DNA of 56,678 nucleotides, the filler included, from Diploschistes diacapsis (taxonomy: Eukaryota): assembly GCA_023645945.1 (NCBI GenBank). It is 6 parts of 6 records of this genome, joined end to end, with 100 filler letters (N's around TTAATTAATTAA, not from the genome) between each part and the next. Parts side by side here need not be neighbours in the genome. Positions count along the whole stretch, not along the records: positions 28,421 to 37,779 come from JALAIB010001051.1; positions 37,880 to 47,233 come from JALAIB010001052.1; 4 more parts are not named here. One strand, 5' to 3'. Both the position numbers and the translations under genes were made by a program. Positions 33,824 to 46,459 of this stretch are shown in pieces; position 1 is the stretch's first letter; each line of letters begins with the position of its first letter. Below the pieces are notes generated by a model. It saw nothing but the letters and a program-made list of their open reading frames with translations, searched no databases and had not been told where the DNA came from.

Positions 33824-36376
33824 ATGACCGTTACCTGCGACTTTCCCAGCCGCATGTCCTCCATGGGCGCCATGGCTTCGTCGTGCCTCGCGGACAAGTT
33901 TGAGGTGATCAAGGAAATCGGAGACGGGAGCTTTGGAAGCGTACATCTGGCACGTGTTCGAACAGCTGGCGCTCACGTGGCCAGACGAGGGAGCATGGTA
34001 AGGGAGCCAAGCCCTTGAATTCTGCAACTCGCTTCTGATGACGTTTGTCTAGATTGCGATAAAAACGATGAAGAAGACGTTCGAGTCGTTTGCTCCATGT
34101 CTGGAGCTCCGTGAGGTCATCTTCCTGAGATCGCTGCCGAACCACGTCCATCTTGTCCCGGCTTTGGACATATTCCTGGATCCCACGACAAAAAAACTGC
34201 ACATTTGCATGGAATACATGGATGGCAATCTCTATCAGTTGATGAAGGCCAGGTCCCACCGGTGCTTGGACGGTGCCAGCGTGAAAAGTATCTTGTACCA
34301 AATCATCTCCGGATTGGATCACATACACACAAACAATTTTTTCCATCGCGACATCAAGCCCGAAAATATTCTCATTTCAACTTCGGCTCCACAAGACTCG
34401 GCTCTCAGCTTCCGTCGATATTCGGCCCTGGTTACACCTCCTTCGACCCCTCCGACTTACAGCATCAAGATTGCCGACTTTGGACTTGCCCGTGAAACAC
34501 AGTCGAAGCTGCCTTACACAACATACGTTTCGACCAGGTGGTACCGTGCACCAGAAGTTTTGTTACGAGCCGGCGAGTACTCCGCTCCCGTCGATATGTG
34601 GGCTCTTGGGGCCATGGCCGTTGAAATCGCTACCCTGAAACCCTTGTTTCCGGGTGGAAACGAGGTTGACCAAGTGTGGCGAGTATGCGAAATTATGGGC
34701 AGCCCCGGGAATTGGTACAACAAGGCCGGCGGCAGAGTGGGTGGGGGCGATTGGCGCGAGGGGACGCGATTGGCACAAAAACTTGGCTTCTCGTTCCCAA
34801 AGGTCGGTGTCGTTCATTTCACGTCCCATCGCACCCTGCTAACGGATGCTTGCAGATGGCGCCTCACGCGATGGAATCCATCCTGCCAAGCCACCAATGG
34901 CCGCTGGCGTTGAGCAGTTTTGTGACCTGGTGCCTGATGTGGGACCCCAAGAACAGGCCAACATCCTTGGAGGCGTTGAACCACGAATATTTCGCCGACG
35001 CAGTTGATCCGTTGCGACCGAAATCGTCGAGCCGCTTGGGAAGCAGGAAGCATTCGGGTTACGATGCGAGGACGAAGGAGCAAAGCGAAGCCCCCCAGCT
35101 AACTACTCGCTCCTCTTGGTTCAGGAAATCCCTCATCGCCCGTGGCAGCTCACCCACGGTTTCGCAAAACAGCAACGGCCAACCCATGTCACCTCGCGTA
35201 TCTCCCGTGCACAACCCTGCTTATCCGCCTCTTGTCGCAGCCTCGAAAGCCCGTCCAAACGCCAGCAAGCGGGCGACTTGGGCAAGCGGTACGACGCCCA
35301 CCGTTGGTGCACCAATGCCGGTACTCCCTTATATTCGACCCGTCTCACCGTTGTCGAGCTCCGTCACTGCGCAGGCGCAGCAGTCGACGTTCGGCGAAAG
35401 TGAACAGAAGCAGATTGCGGGCCACGCTCCTACCTCGGAGAAGAAAAAGATTGGTCGTCAACTTTCGCTCGCCTCGCACGGTAACCACTACGGCGATGGT
35501 CCCAACGGTGCGGTCGGTGGGTTAGCTTCTCCGACAAGCGGCCAGAAAGAAAGCTTCTTCTCGCACCTTCGCAAGAGAGCTCGTCGTCTCTCCGGGCGCA
35601 ACCAGGCTCCTGCCTCGCCGAGGTACGAGGATCTGGAGGCGAATGCTGGCTGTGTCTCGTTTCCCAGCAATCGTTCTTCGATGCAGGTGGAGCCAGTTCC
35701 CGAGGAGCCCGTCAGGCTGGACTCTACGCAGTTGAACGATGCTTGGCTCAACGGCACTCAGCATGTGGAATACCCTGTGTATGCTCCTCAGCAGCCTCAA
35801 GCCCAGCTTCCGCGACAAAACAGTACCGTTGCTGCCCCGACCCAAGCTCCGAAGCGAATTAGTTCATTATCCAATCGTCAGGCTCTGCCGGCTACCGAAG
35901 GGGCACCGGCAGCCGTTGTTCCGGCTCCTGTTTCCAGTCGGACTCGCCGCGCGGTGCACGTATCCTCGCACCCAAGCTACAAATACGAGACGCCCGACGA
36001 AGAGGACGAACTGCTCGACGAAGCTCTCCGTGGAGTACAGCGGGCCGTCAAAGGCTTGGACAAATCCTACAGGCCCCACGACGACGGCACCCGCCACGTT
36101 CTCTCCACCAAGGACCTGAACAAACAGGCCCTCCACCATTCTCAAAGTGTTGGATCCATGACAAATCCTTACCCGACACCCTCGCCTTCTGCGAAGAGGA
36201 ACGGTATGCTCTTCAACCAAACGCTCATGCCCGAACCGGCAACACCGATCAATATTGTACGGAACCGGCCAAATGAGAATAATGCCGTCATGTGGCCGAC
36301 TCCACCGTACGAAGAAAACGAGTGGGCTGCCAATGCCGCAGCGAGCATCTTCGCCGCTGGCTCCGCTTGGCGATGA
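33824..36376 (+). CDS. IME2: Ime2/ImeB-type (MAK/RCK family) Ser/Thr protein kinase, 3 exons (33824-33997, 34053-34802, 34856-36376)
   Basis: IGDGSFGSV, IAIKTMKK, HRDIKPENIL, ADFGLARE and activation loop PYTTYVSTRWYRAPE (TxY), with a long C-terminal tail ending WPTPPYEENEWA...IFAAG. Confidence 0.94.
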
Positions 36377-37618
36377 GCCGTGTCACTCGCATACTGCTCA
36401 TATATATTGCAACCCGTCACCGTTGCACCATATTCTGCGGGCTTATACGATCTACATTTACGTGTTGCTGGCCGCAGCCTCTGCCATCGATATGGGAAAC
36501 ATGACTCGCCGGTTCGAGTTGGGCCTACCATACTATTGTCATCTAGATCGCATTGCACTGGTGCGCCGCATTGCGTCCTAAACACGGATTTTCATTTGTC
36601 TTTTTTTCTGCTAGAGAGCTTTCATACCCCCTGCAACGGATTCGAGACGGTCTGCCGAACCTTGCACCGCGACATTTTTTCTTTGTCTGTTAATCGCTCC
36701 GCCAAATGCACGTTCGCTCTGAATAATCCTATGGGCATCGAACATTCGATGCCGACTGTACTATATAAGTATCGTAACTTGTACGATTCGGAAAGGAAAT
36801 CCAGGGCCTCGAAAAAGGATAGCGCGAAAGAAACAATCGCTATTCAATTCTCCTTCACGCGTTCGGTTTGCTGAAGCCAGGCCCACTGCTTGGACGTATG
36901 GAATGGCAGTGGGCTCATATGGCTCGAGGAACCTGGAGGCTGTCTGCTATTTTAGGTTGGCGGTGGATGACCACCGCTAGGTTTGCGGGAGGTGGATAGC
37001 TATTATCGGACGGTGGAAATAAGCGCTCCATGATCAAAATTGTATGGGAAAAGGATGCGAAAGATTTTGCAGGCTTGGGACCGTACTGTGCATAGAGCTT
37101 TGGAATATAATTAATGTCTTTTTGGCCGAGAGGCTGGAAATTGAGGCTGGCCTTGAAATCTTGAAGTGAAACTTGAATACTCCTGTACCGTAAGACATGA
37201 CGAGGAGATGATCAAAGTTGTGATGGAATATAAGGATTGTGTCGTAGTTTATTGTTACAAATTGGAGCTTCACTATTTCATCCATTAGTAGATGCAGTAG
37301 CTGAGCTTATTCAACTTTCTTTCGTGTGTCCTCCCCCCCCCACCACAGCAGTATCCATAACTACGGTTCTTTCCTCCTACAAGTGTGTGTAACTACTAGA
37401 GATGGGTGTGGCCTCGTCTACTTGAACCCCTTTTGAGAGCCCCACGAGATAGCGATTGACTTCCCCCCCCCCCTTTTTTTTTTTTCTTCTTCTTCTTCTT
37501 CCTCTTCCTCTTCTCTCCGTCTTTCCATCAACGATCTCTCACAGGGGCCCAAATATACAAGGCGCTCTTTTACATCAGCCGTTCCGTGCACTACGACGCT
37601 TCTTCTACACACGCTGCA

Positions 37619-37646
37619 CAGATCCAGATCCAGATCCAGATCCAGA
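37619..37646. repeat. (CAGATC)n hexamer microsatellite
   Basis: cagatccagatccagatccagatccaga. Confidence 0.85.
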
Positions 37647-37779
37647 TAACCACGGAAATTCGCCTCCCCCTCCTCCGTATAGCGTATAGCGTATAGCGTT
37701 TGACCTGTAGAAGATAAAAAAAAAACTGGGCCCCCAAGAAAAAAGTTTTGCTTTCGAAGGTTTTTGCTTGCTTGGTTGT

Positions 37780-37879
37780 NNNNNNNNNNNNNNNNNNNNN
37801 NNNNNNNNNNNNNNNNNNNNNNNTTAATTAATTAANNNNNNNNNNNNNNNNNNNNNNNNNNNNNNNNNNNNNNNNNNNN
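37780..37879. other. Artificial contig spacer
   Basis: N44-TTAATTAATTAA-N44. Confidence 0.99.
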
Positions 37880-39132
37880 GTTACAGTGTTTTCGCCGTTA
37901 AAAAGCGCGTTAGCGTAAAAGACGGATTATATTACTCGACTAAGTAAATCGCGTATGGCACGTTCGGAATAAATTAAATTATTTTTAATAGTTCGAAATC
38001 GAGCTGTTACGAGTCGAAACGCTTAAATAAATTTTATAAATATTAGATTATAATTTATTAATCTTATAACCGTGTTTAATAAGCTTTATTCGATTTATCG
38101 GATCCTTTTATCTTTATTTTATAGCCCTTTTTTAACCTCGAATTAATTCGATTTGGATTTATTCTTATTATATAATTCTTTATTAAATGCGACCGAACTA
38201 CGAAAAACTAATAAAGAATTTAATTAAACGTTACGAGCCGTTTTAGAATTAATTAACCCGATTCGACGTTATTCGAATTAAATAACCCGTATATTTAAAT
38301 CGATGTATATTAAGTTCATAACGTTTCGTAAAAAAATTAAAATAAAAACATTTTTTAATAATTATTAAAAACGTAAATTAAATAAACGAATCGAATTAAA
38401 AGATGTTACGATCCAAGGTACTAGGCGGTAGTACTTGGCACGCAATAGCTAGTCGGGCACTTCCCAACCACTTCTTGTATATAGTCCAATCAGGGTGACA
38501 CGGGTCACGTGACGAGTAGAAGATCTAAAAGACCATTCTACCCAGTTGTAGGTAGAAAGGGAGAACGATAATTCTATTTATCTATTTATCTATTTTATTA
38601 GGGAGGCTGTTGATTATATAAGAACGTCGTTATTGCCTTTATGAGTTCAGAGCGTGTTTATTTTCATAAATATCTTTAGTTATTGCTCGGGATCAATTTA
38701 TATTCGTTATTTCTATCATTAAAGAGCCTTCTTTCCAGAGACAGTCCAAGACCTATGACTGATCTACCTTCTTCTCCTGCTTGCACTCCTCTTCTAAACG
38801 AGACCAAACCCACCTTGATCAATACCTCGTGTCTACCTTGTAGAGATAGAGATCATAACAAAAGATCGTTTTATATTTAATATAAACGAAGTTCTTAAAA
38901 TAATAATTCGAATTAAATCGAATCTAATAGTTTCGAAACGATTTATAATGTATAAAAAACGTCGTTGCGTTTCTAAAATCGAAAAAGATAAAGATGAAAA
39001 AAATAAATTCGATTTTAATCGATTAGATTCTAATTGCGACGAATAGGTTATATTTAAAAACCGTAGAATGTTGGCGGTAATGATTTGAGGTGGCCGGAAT
39101 CTAGGGGTGGCCGGAATCCCCGTGAAACACGT
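37880..39132 (+). mobile_element. RIP-degenerated 3' half of a Fot1/pogo-like (Tc1/mariner) DNA transposon, interrupted by a solo LTR
   Basis: Relic translation VTVFSPLKSALA*KTD...SRMARSE* (end of DDE domain), and KRIELKD/RFIFNINEVLKII across the LTR. It ends with subterminal repeats GGTGGCCGGAATC x2 and terminus GTGAAACACGT followed by TA. Confidence 0.75.
38404..38860. mobile_element. Solo LTR (457 bp) of an LTR retrotransposon
   Basis: TGTTA...TAACA inverted termini flanked by a perfect 5-bp target-site duplication AAAGA (38399-38403 and 38861-38865). Confidence 0.88.
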
Positions 39133-39289
39133 TATCAAGAATCGAACAAGCGGCGTTCAGGATCTTAGCTTACTAATACTTGAAAGGGGATTTTGCCTTT
39201 CTTATTCTCTCCTCTTCTTTAGTAATTATTCCTAGCATGAATCTGCCCCGCGTACAGCCATCTTGCCACATTTTCGTATTCTACCCTTT

Positions 39290-39819
39290 ACACTTAATAA
39301 CGAAAACGTCGCTTTACGCGTTACAAATTAAAAATAAAAACGAAAACGATCGAATCCAATTATTTCTATATTATAAAAAAATGTTTTAATCGTATAAAAA
39401 AGATAGAATCGTATAAAATTAAATATAAATATTATTCTCGCCGCGGAAGAATATAATGTGTTTTCGTTAAATATACGCGTTTTATTACGATATAATTTAT
39501 ATAATTCGTACGAATATACTATCCGTATATACTCGCAACGCTATAATACTTGTGACACCCGGGTTGCGACCGGGGTACAGGTCTCCCAAGCCCACGCACC
39601 TACATATAGTGTAATAGGGAAACAGTGCTTTCGGGGTTACTGAAAGCATTGTGGTTAGTCTCTTGGCTCAGTGGGATAGCGATACCTATTAGGCACTGCC
39701 CCCCGCGGTTACAATACAAGTTAAATAAAAGATTTTTAATTATAACCTAAAATAAATATATTATAAGGTTAAAAACATGTAAATAAGGGGTAGGTGGGCG
39801 GATGACTTGTGAAACACGT
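39290..39819. mobile_element. Second RIP-degenerated Fot1/pogo-like element end
   Basis: AT-rich, CpG-retaining sequence ending in the same terminus GTGAAACACGT + TA (39809-39821) as the first element; left boundary approximate. Confidence 0.55.
39551..39713. mobile_element. Short solo LTR-like insertion (163 bp)
   Basis: GC-normal island with TGTGAC...GTTACA ends inside AT-rich DNA; flanks ATACT / ATACA (4 of 5 match as a TSD). Confidence 0.6.
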
Positions 39820-40156
39820 TAGAATATTCGATAATATTCGATAATCTTGGATGATATTTATTATATTTTAAAATATTCTAGAACCTTCTAGAATATTCGA
39901 GCATACTAGAAGCTTAATAAGCAATCTGACTAACCTATTTAGGTTAGTATTCTGACATTCGGTTACTAGGGTCTGTTCGGGTACTAGGGTCACGACGTTA
40001 CACCGTTCCGGGAAAATCATACGGGAATGAATGCCTCCAACTTGTTCTTTCTTGAATTCCATCGCTACCCGAGGTGGTTCCTTGGAACCCACCCACTCCT
40101 GATTGTCAGGTATTTCCGCGGAGTGTCTTAAGGCCCACCTTTCTAAGAGGCCTCAT

Positions 40157-42956
40157 ATGGCCGAAGTTGATTTAGCTACTGTAAATGATGCTTCGGAAGG
40201 CTGCCCACAACCCTATCTCGGGTTCCAGCAGCTCAAAACAAGTAAGATCGAAAAGGGTGCGCTTGCATCGAAGAGACGTTGTGTTAGCTCGGCCTGCATA
40301 GCATGCCGACGGAGGAAATCAAAAGTTAATCGCGCTCCTCCAGTAGCGAGACTTATGCTGACCTTCCTTTCCGGTAGTGTGACGGTAACCTTCCTAGCTG
40401 CGCTGCATGCGCTTCAGTGTATGGGACCGAGTGCGTGTACGACCCAAATTCGGACCATCGTCGGAAAGGTGTATATAAGAAGGACATTGACAACTTAAAA
40501 ACGAGGAACACCACTCTTCAAACTCTGATTCAAGGTATCCTTAACTACCCCGAGAATGAAGTCTACAATCTAGTGAGACAGATTAGAACGTGTGAAAATC
40601 TTGAGGATGTAGCGGAGGAGATTCTTGCTCGTGATGCCGTTCTGGGAGACGACTCTGATCAGAACGATACGAAACCTATAGAAAGCACGTCGGCTACGGC
40701 AGCTAAGATTGAGAAAGAGTTGTCTGGCAAGATGGGTGAGCTGAGACTCGAGAATGGGACCGTACGCTTCTTGGGAGGTACATCAAATCTTCTTTACTTG
40801 GACTCCGAGGTAAGACTGAATGACGAAAGATTGACAGTCGCAGTCGATGGTGCACAGCGGGAGGAGTCCGTCACCTCTTGGACATCGGTGACATCTAACA
40901 AGGAGCTTATCATACATCTTCTGAATATGTACTTTACGTGGCACTATACTTACTTCGCAACGCTGTCCAAGTCTTTGTTCTTCCGTGACTTCTTCCACGG
41001 CAAGCGAGAAGACGGTAGTATCCAGCCTGAGTACTGTACCCCATTGCTTGTAAATGCAATGCTCGCCCTCGGCTGTCATTTCACATCGTCCCCAGCAGCG
41101 AGAAGCGACCCAAACGATCCATCGACCGCTGGCGACCACTTCTTCAAGGAAGCTAAACGTCTTATCGTGGGAAACGACGAGTTCGAACACCCAAGGCTAG
41201 CAACCGTGCAAGCCTTGGCCTTAATGTCTGTGCGGGAGGCTGGCTGCGGGCGTGAAGACAAAGGTTGGGTTTACAGTGGCATAAGCTTTCGCATGGCCTG
41301 TGACCTGGGCTTGAATCTGAGCCTCACTGGCGGTAAGGGCAGCTCGGGCCTAAGGGAACAAGAAATTGATGCAAGGAGAATAACATTCTGGGGATGCTTT
41401 CTATTTGATAAGTAGTAGCCACTCCTTTCCGCGTCCGATGCTATTCGTTAACGGTTTGTAGGTGCTGGTCAAACTATCTAGGAAGAGCTCCGCAGCTTGT
41501 CCTTTCCAATATCACGACTCCAAAATTCGATGTCTTCCCCTTGGAGGACGCTGACATGTGGTCGCCGTGGTTTGATGCAGGCCCTGATAAGACCCACATG
41601 CAGCCTTCAAGGACGCGGGCGATAGCTCTACAGATATCTACTCTTTGCGAAATTAGTAGTGATCTGCTGTTGGCCTTCTATCGACCAGCGTCGGAAGAGA
41701 AACCTCTCACCAAGCCAGCGGAGGTGAAAAGATTGGGGTACTTTCATACGAGACTTGAGGCATGGCGGAAAGCACTGCCTAGAGAAATGGAGCCGCGTGA
41801 AGGTCAATTGCCTAATGTGATATTAATGCAGTGAGTCAGGTCTCACAATCCCTTAAAGTTCGCTCATACAACTAGCATGTTCTTCCACCTGCTATATATA
41901 CACCTTTTCCGACCATTTCTGAACTACACCCAAGCAAACTCACCCTTACCTCAACAAATCTCGCCGCGCAAAATGTGTACACAGGCTGCCGTAAGCATTT
42001 CGAAGCTTGTACGTCTGTACAAGAAGACCTTTGGCTTGAGACAGATATGCAATATAGCAGTTTACATCATACACTCGGCATGCACAATTCACTTATTAAA
42101 CCTTCCGGACAAGGGCGCAAAACGTGACATCTCTCACAACGTTCGGCATCTCGAGGAGATAGCAAGCAGCTGGCTTTGTGCGTCTCGCACACTTGCTACT
42201 CTGGGCATTCAAGCCCGCAGATGGAAAATAGAGCTACCAGAAAATACAGCCTCAATACTTGAACGATGGGAGTCCAAGTATCGAAGCGGACATCCCTCCC
42301 CAGCCTTGGATAAGAGCTCACCTACCATTGAGCAGGTTCAGAAGATTGCAAGTTCGAAGGATGCAAGTTCAAAGGATGCAAGGGCTTGGGCATTGAGCGC
42401 AACGCCGGCGGGCACTTTGTTCCCAAGACCACCTGCGGTGATATCAGTCGCTAACTCCGAGCCCTTGAGCCAGCAAGCGATTCCTTCAGATCCGATCGCC
42501 GTGAATGCGCCGCCTGCAGCAACCAGTTACCATCATCGACATCCAACACCTCAACAACCTTCTTACACGGCTTGGTCGAGCTGGGACGTCTCATGTCCTG
42601 GTGTAAGCGCAGTTAGCATGACACCACCCATATCACAACCCCGACGCCCTTCTTACAGTGTCCTCTTCCCCGGTCTAGATACCCTCTTTGAAGACAGTAA
42701 GGATTGGTGGCTGCGCGACCAATCCGCCTTCTTTGACTATTGGAGCAGTCGGCGCGATCCTAGCATGAACTTGGCCGGCGTAGCGCAAGCGGCTGACCCT
42801 TCGGCAAATGGGATCTCGGGCTTGATGAGCACGACTCAGACTACTGGCCAAAACGTACCAGCCACAAACGGCATATTGGGGACGACACAGTCTAACTGCG
42901 ATGTGAACATGAGTGAGCTGGGACACTGGGGTTTCGGTGTTGAAGGGACAAACTGA
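40157..42956 (+). CDS. nirA: Nitrate-assimilation Zn(II)2Cys6 transcription factor NirA/NIT-4, 4 exons
   Basis: KRRCVSSACIACRRRKSK/CDGNLPSCAACASVYGTECVYDPNSDHRRKGVYKKD is the NirA-type binuclear cluster. The fungal TF middle domain (MYFTWHY, ARRITFWGCFLFDKCWSNYLGR) and late DWWLRDQS motif are also present. Confidence 0.9.
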
Positions 42957-45461
42957 GGGGTTGCATTTTATAACGGACCTGGTACCTATTGAGGGCTATA
43001 CATGAAGAAAAAGTTGCGAACTCATGCTCGGCTAACCGAAGTATGTGCTTCTGGACTGACGTGCGACTCGACATACTCGGTTCTCCTAACAATGGGGGTT
43101 TCACATTCACGACCCCATTTCATCTGAGTATCGCATTGCATTAGAATTGTACATTATTCGAGCATCTTGCGTGTGTTCTCACTATGCAGCTTTCTGGCTT
43201 GTACGTCGTTGCAAACCATTGTAGTTCATTGCGTCCGCATAATGCACACAGATGAAGACGGCATCTCTTAGGCTCAAGCCACTTCAATGCCATGTTTGCC
43301 ATTGTAAATATCACTGGTGGGAATAGAGGTGAATATAGGAAGCTTAGTTTCTGGCCTGGGTGCGTGAGTACACTCTTGGGTTGTTGGAATGTGACATTGA
43401 TCTTAATATTAGGGGAAATGATAGGGTTGTTACAGCGTCAAACATCTTAAGTACACCAACCACTCTCCCCGCTACAAAGTCTTGACCAAGGCAATTGTGA
43501 TTGATCAATGCATCCGCCAAATGGCTTGCATCTGACAAAGTGAACGATAAATCGTGGTGTTCAGTGGGTTGGGAACGCTTCGTGGTCATCACAATGCTGC
43601 TTCAGGTCCCATACTGAATATGACAGAGACAGCTGGTTGTTCTCTGCAGAAAAATACACCATCAATGAATGTTAAAGTATTGAGATGTTTCTTCATTGTT
43701 GAAGGCACATTGTGACTGTTTTTGGTTGACTTTCTGTTTTGGAGCAGCAACTCTCATTCTTCCCTTGTCCGTACCGGATTCGGCAACGTGAAAGAATCCT
43801 CTTCTCTATGCGGAGTAGGCTCACATTTCCAGTCTCAGACTAGCTTTCTTGGCCTTAGTGAACCGGGCCAGTTTGTACTATGCTGTTGGGAGAGCCCAAG
43901 CAAAGTCCAGGATGAAATCGCCCTAAACGCACAATCAGAAGACGACCACCCGGTGAACCAGAGACCAAAATGTCCAAAAGTAGGAGAGACTTGAAAAGCT
44001 TCATGAACATAGGGTATCTCGCTGATTTGGCCGGATTCAAAGTGATCTGCATCTCCGCCAGAAAGATCACAGCAATTGCAACAAATCAAAGGGAGCACAG
44101 GAGACTCCACGCGTAGCTTCAAATCGACAACAACATAGCACATTGCGAGCATCTAGCGAGCAATGTACCCACTCTCCCCACTATGGGGGCAGCGATCGCA
44201 CAGACTCGAGCATCCCTTTCTATCGCGTCGCAATGTAATTCTGATGCCGCTGATGCTAGACGACGAGCACGTCGAGAAAGAGCCGGCAATTTCTTTTACT
44301 AACTCCCAAAGCATGAAACCAAAACCCAAAGAAAGTCCAGCCTTTCAGTATTCTTCCTGTTGGGAAAGATATCATTGAGAGCCAAAAAGTCCAAGTAGAC
44401 TATTACTCGAATGATGGGTCTGAGCCCACACAATCGGACAAAAAGCGGCTAGAAACGGCAGCCAGGGCGATCTTGAGCTTGTGGCCCAGGTCAATCAAGT
44501 CCAAGGAGCAAAAGGCCATGATAGGAGAATCAATATGGATACCGTGTCCGGCCCCCGCAGACGACAAGAACGCATATACATTGCGAATGACGCTAGTTCT
44601 ATATGCATGGGCTACAATGTGGAATCTCGTCCTAAATGGCTCTGGCCGTCCGCTAGATGGTGTCTTCTGGTAATCCCTACTATGAGCATGCGAGACAGAT
44701 GGTGAGTTAAACTTTATGCCCATGCCGAGATGGGGACTTATTGGATGTCCGTGTCCACTAACCGGGTTTAGATAGAACTTGCTGTGCACAGTAGACTGCC
44801 GAGGTCGGTCTTGAAAACTTACTTGGAAGAACAAAACTACCTTGAACAGCTGGGACCTAAAAAAGGGCCGAAATCCCCAGAACTGGTGAAAACCGTGTAA
44901 AAGCTGTGCTGTATACGAGAATAGTATCAAATTTCGTGTGACTGACCACGCTTCCGCAAGTTCCCTGCAATTGCCAAAACTAGTAACCAAGATTTCAGCA
45001 TTCCCAAAAGGCGGTTCCAATCTCGCTACTCCGGAAAACCCCGCAAGAGATGCTCCAACTGTGAGCTTCGACCGATCCTTCCCAAAGAGGCCAGGATTAG
45101 CATGCTCAGTAAGCAGCAGAAAGTCGCGGAGGTATCTGACGGTGTTGAGAACTAACGGCAATGTAGGACTGGGGGAAAGGCATTCGAGATATCCAGAGCT
45201 GGACAGGGTTATACAAGTCTACATGCAATAAACGTTCGACATCGGTCAACAAACAAAAAAGTCAAACCTCAGAGATGGCCTGCAAACTGGCTCGACACAT
45301 AGAGGAAACCATCGGGGCTTGTGTAGAATGCTCTATGGACGAGCGGCTACCCTCGTGTTTATGCCTTGTCATATGCCGTTGCAATGTGCCATGGTTAGCC
45401 AGAACAATACGCTAATGAATCGCTTGCATGGCGATTTGCTGGAAGGAGACAGCGTTCTATT

Positions 45462-45930
45462 ATGATGCTACTGACCGGTGCAGCAGACGAGTTCAGAGGA
45501 TTGGAGCTAGGCAGCTATGAGGAATATATCAACGAGAAGTACGCACAAGAAAAAAACTTTCACCTTGTCCTCGCAATCGCCGAGTTAGTTGATCGCTCTA
45601 GAGGAGACGAGGTGGGTATTTTTATATATGATAGCCTAGGTTCCCACCCGGCGGTGTTCAATCGAACACAAATGCCTGTGGAGAATAATGGATGGGCTAG
45701 ATGTTAAGTCAAAAGGAGCACCTATTCGATATACTGTCAAAGTTCGTCGAGGGAAACCCAGAGAAGGCGCAGACTGGCTACAAACGATTACCGGCAGTTC
45801 AACCGCCTCATTTACCTAGCACGGGCTGCTAAGCACGAATCTTTAGACGCATCAACCATCCAGGCCTTCATGATAAAGACGAGGTACTGTACTGCCGATT
45901 TTTTAGAGAGCAAGAAGGAAGTTATAGAGC
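45462..45930 (+). pseudogene. Possible relic of a Ulp1/C48-like cysteine-protease domain gene
   Basis: HLVLAIAELVDRSRGDEVGIFIYDSLG resembles the His-strand...YDSL part of C48 proteases. The frame breaks before any recognisable Gln/Cys motif. Confidence 0.25.
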
Positions 45931-46459
45931 TTCCCATCTTTCCGTTCCCCGAAAATGAACTGCATACTAAACGTCGACCAAATCATTACCCACGAGGCAT
46001 CCACCTCGTGACATCCGTGATTATTCTTCAAACCCAGGTGCTTGACCAGGGAAAACAAAAGTCATGTTTATACTTTAGGATGCTTCCGGTACTGTAAAGT
46101 TCATTCCTGGCTGAAGGCTTTTTGTATATCAAGTCAAAAATATACGGAGTTCTTTGATAGACTCATACAATTTTTGTAGCTAGAGAACCGAACAACATAC
46201 GCAAGCGCATTCCTCTCAGTCCCCAGTTTTAGCGGGGCGCAGTTATTCTGACGGAAATTAATTTTTTTTACCCCTTTAAGCCTAATAGGGTAGGTGGCTC
46301 CCGCGCATCCGCGGTACCTCAAAATGTATGTAAATCATATAGAATTATAAATATTCTTAATTTTTTAATCATATAATTTTAATTATTTAAAAAATGAAGC
46401 TATTCACAACTTTATTTTATTAATAAATATGTAGATGGGCGCGATGTAGCCCCGTAGAT

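Noticed and set aside
39133..39300. Possible third LTR remnant between the two Fot1-like ends
   Set aside because: GC-normal island, but no complete TG...CA termini or target-site duplication could be established.
44403..45161. 252-aa minus-strand ORF
   Set aside because: Non-ATG start and no recognisable motif; probably a chance ORF or the shadow of a decayed plus-strand gene.
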